A DNA stretch of 64,000 nucleotides, taken from NCBI RefSeq assembly GCF_009914755.1, contig NC_060930.1. The stretch is one strand, 5' to 3'. Each line of letters starts with the position of its first letter. Within the stretch, counting starts at the first letter, position 1. A program made the position numbers and the translations under genes. Shown piece by piece: positions 61,837 to 64,000 of the stretch. Below the pieces are notes generated by a model. That model did not search any database, was not told the origin of the DNA, and was given only the letters and a program-made list of their open reading frames with translations. The DNA comes from the human T2T-CHM13v2.0 reference genome, Homo sapiens.

Positions 61837-63105
61837 TCAGATGATCAGTCACATGCTCTCCCTCTCTCGAAGGCTCTTTTTGATTCATGATGCTACATAT
61901 GTGCTGCCCCCTATCCACTCACCCCACCCTAGGATCTAGCATAGGGAAAAGGGCATAGTAAGGACTCGGGATTTATTAAATTAATTCAGGATAAGACATG
62001 ATTATCACCTTACAGGAGCCCAAAACCCAATTTAGAAGGTGATGAGTTATATGGATGAATCTTCTAGAAATCAGTACAATCCGGGGAAAGGGGATAAGTT
62101 GCAAGACACATGAGAAGGGCCACAGGTAGATCCCATGTTTTCAGAACCATGGGCAGCCATTCATTTCCATCAGAGTACATTAAGATTTTGAAAAATAGAG
62201 CCAGGGAGAGAGGCCAGATGAGGAATGGGCAGACAGGCCACCTCGTGGAACATGTGATTGGGGTGACAAAGTAGTTACAAGGTGGTGAGTGCTGGGGGCA
62301 CAGCCTGGCCCTGGTTGGCTGTCTTGCTGTCTGGCAGAACTCCATGGAGTGAGGCAATTGGTAGCGATCCAGGCAGGCAGTTGGTGTCAGTGAGGTCCAT
62401 ATGTGGATGGGACCAACAGCAGTGTGGGCAGCGCAGTAGGGGAAAGCCAGGCACTGGGTCCTGGGAACCCCAGGCAGCCCCCAGCCCTGGAGAAAGGGAG
62501 TACTGAGGTGAGAACAGGGAACCGAGGTCTAGTCAGGGACTTTCTGAAAGTTGGGGGAATGTGGAGGCTGTCATTTGGGCCAACTTGGCTACACAGCATG
62601 CTGGGATCTCAATGGTGGGTGAGCACTGAAAGAATGAGCTAAAAATTGGCAGTGACCAAGCAAGAGGGATTAATTTGGTTTTTGGCCCAGCCCCAAGGAA
62701 AGAAGCCAGCTGTCCAAACCACAAACTAGGGTCTGACATGCGCTGGTGCCAGTGTTCAAATCTGCCAGTAGGGGCCCGGTGCCTGTTTCTCCTCTCAGGC
62801 AGGAACCAGGCAAAACTGCAGGGGCAAATCCCATGAGCTACGGTAGATTGCTGGACACAGCAGGTCTTACCTAGGGCAATGGCTACTGTGGCGAAGGCTG
62901 AATGAAAATACAGACTGAGAGTCATGTCGAGTCTTCGAGAGCAAATCCAAAACTGGGTCATAAAATGAGTTTGACTGAGAATAAAGTTAAAAGAGCCTGA
63001 TGGGAAATCATGAAACTAGGAAGCAAGAGAGGAATGGAGGATCCAGGTATACAGGATACATCCCAGAGCAGTTTCATAGCAAACTGTAAGCTTTTGTGTA
63101 AGTAC

Positions 63106-63169
63106 TATATATATATATATATATATATAGCTTATATATCTATAGCTTATATATATATATGTGTGTGTG

Positions 63170-63218
<49 letters not shown>
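63106..63218. repeat. Compound (TA)n/(TG)n microsatellite
   Basis: Directly visible. Confidence 0.97.
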
Positions 63219-63219
<1 letters not shown>

Positions 63220-63639
63220 GTGACCTTATAGGTAGTAGTCCCAACATGGGCTGACATACATGTGCTTGAGCATTAAACAGGGGCTGACAGGGAGCAAGGC
63301 AATAACACACAACCATCTCTAGGTAGCAATCATGCGTGTAGTCAAGCAGGAGGGGGTTTATGGTTCTGGGAAAGTCCTGGCCAACTGATTACAAGACTCC
63401 GTCTAGCAGCTGGAGGGACCAGGCCCAGCCTCCAGGAAGAGGAGGTAGGCAAGGCCCCAGGAGGGACATGAGGGCCTCAGCAAAGTAACCTGGGGTCAGG
63501 GCAGAGCTTCAGTTGCAGAAATAAAAGTCAGGACCCAGGGCAGACACACAGTCACATAGACAGGGCACACACAGGTGAGGGTGAGATGGGGAGCTGGAGC
63601 TTGTTGGACCCCCCCCAGATGTACCTGATATTGGCCAGG

Positions 63640-63910
63640 GGCAGTGAGACTTTGGGGTGGCAGAGTTTGATCTATACTCTGGAGTTGACTAATTGGGGTT
63701 TAGTCTTGATGCTGCCATTTACTGGCTGTGAGACCATCAGCTAGTTAATCAACATCTCTGAGTTGTGTTTGCCTTATTTTTAAGATGGGAATAACAACAT
63801 GTACTTGGCAAGGTTGTCGTGATGATTCAATGATGCAATGTGTATGACGCGCCAAGCTCTGTGCCTGGCACCATCACAGGTGCTCCATAAACAGAGCTAT
63901 TACTATCATT
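63640..63910 (+). mobile_element. MIR
   Basis: 'ctgccatttactggctgtgagacc...tttaagatgggaataacaac...gtgcctggcac'. Confidence 0.8.
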
Positions 63911-64000
63911 AAGACTAAATCCAAACCACACCTGCAGGGAGGGAAGCAGGGATGGGGCTTGAAATACACTGCCAGGCTGGGCTGGATTACCAAAGTAACT

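Noticed and set aside
62765-62778. CTCF-like motif ccagtaggggcccg
   Set aside because: It is one G short in the core, so it is a poor match without ChIP evidence.

Overview
Primate, almost certainly human, non-coding genomic DNA: an AluYd8-type element, LTR12 elements and an L1PA2-like tail are present. More than half of the window is interspersed repeat (Alu, L1, L2, MIR, ERV LTRs, hAT and Tc1-mariner fossils). I recognise no protein-coding exon, and the ORF track is explained by Alu/L1/LTR frames and chance. Best observations: (1) a U3 snoRNA-L1 chimeric retro-insertion (U3 nt 1-~70 fused to a 3.1-kb L1PB-type 3' part, with flanking TSDs) at 4116-7300; (2) a head-to-tail LTR12 pair (40827-43546) whose inner part is heavily diverged, with both R-region poly(A) signals lost and a new GTAAGT splice donor, which suggests an exapted first exon; (3) a perfect 29-bp inverted repeat at 31794-31903; (4) a DR4 nuclear-receptor element in a unique block near 60 kb; (5) young, possibly polymorphic insertions. 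All repeat family calls come from remembered consensus sequences, not from a search. Boundaries without a TSD are approximate. The locus is not identified.
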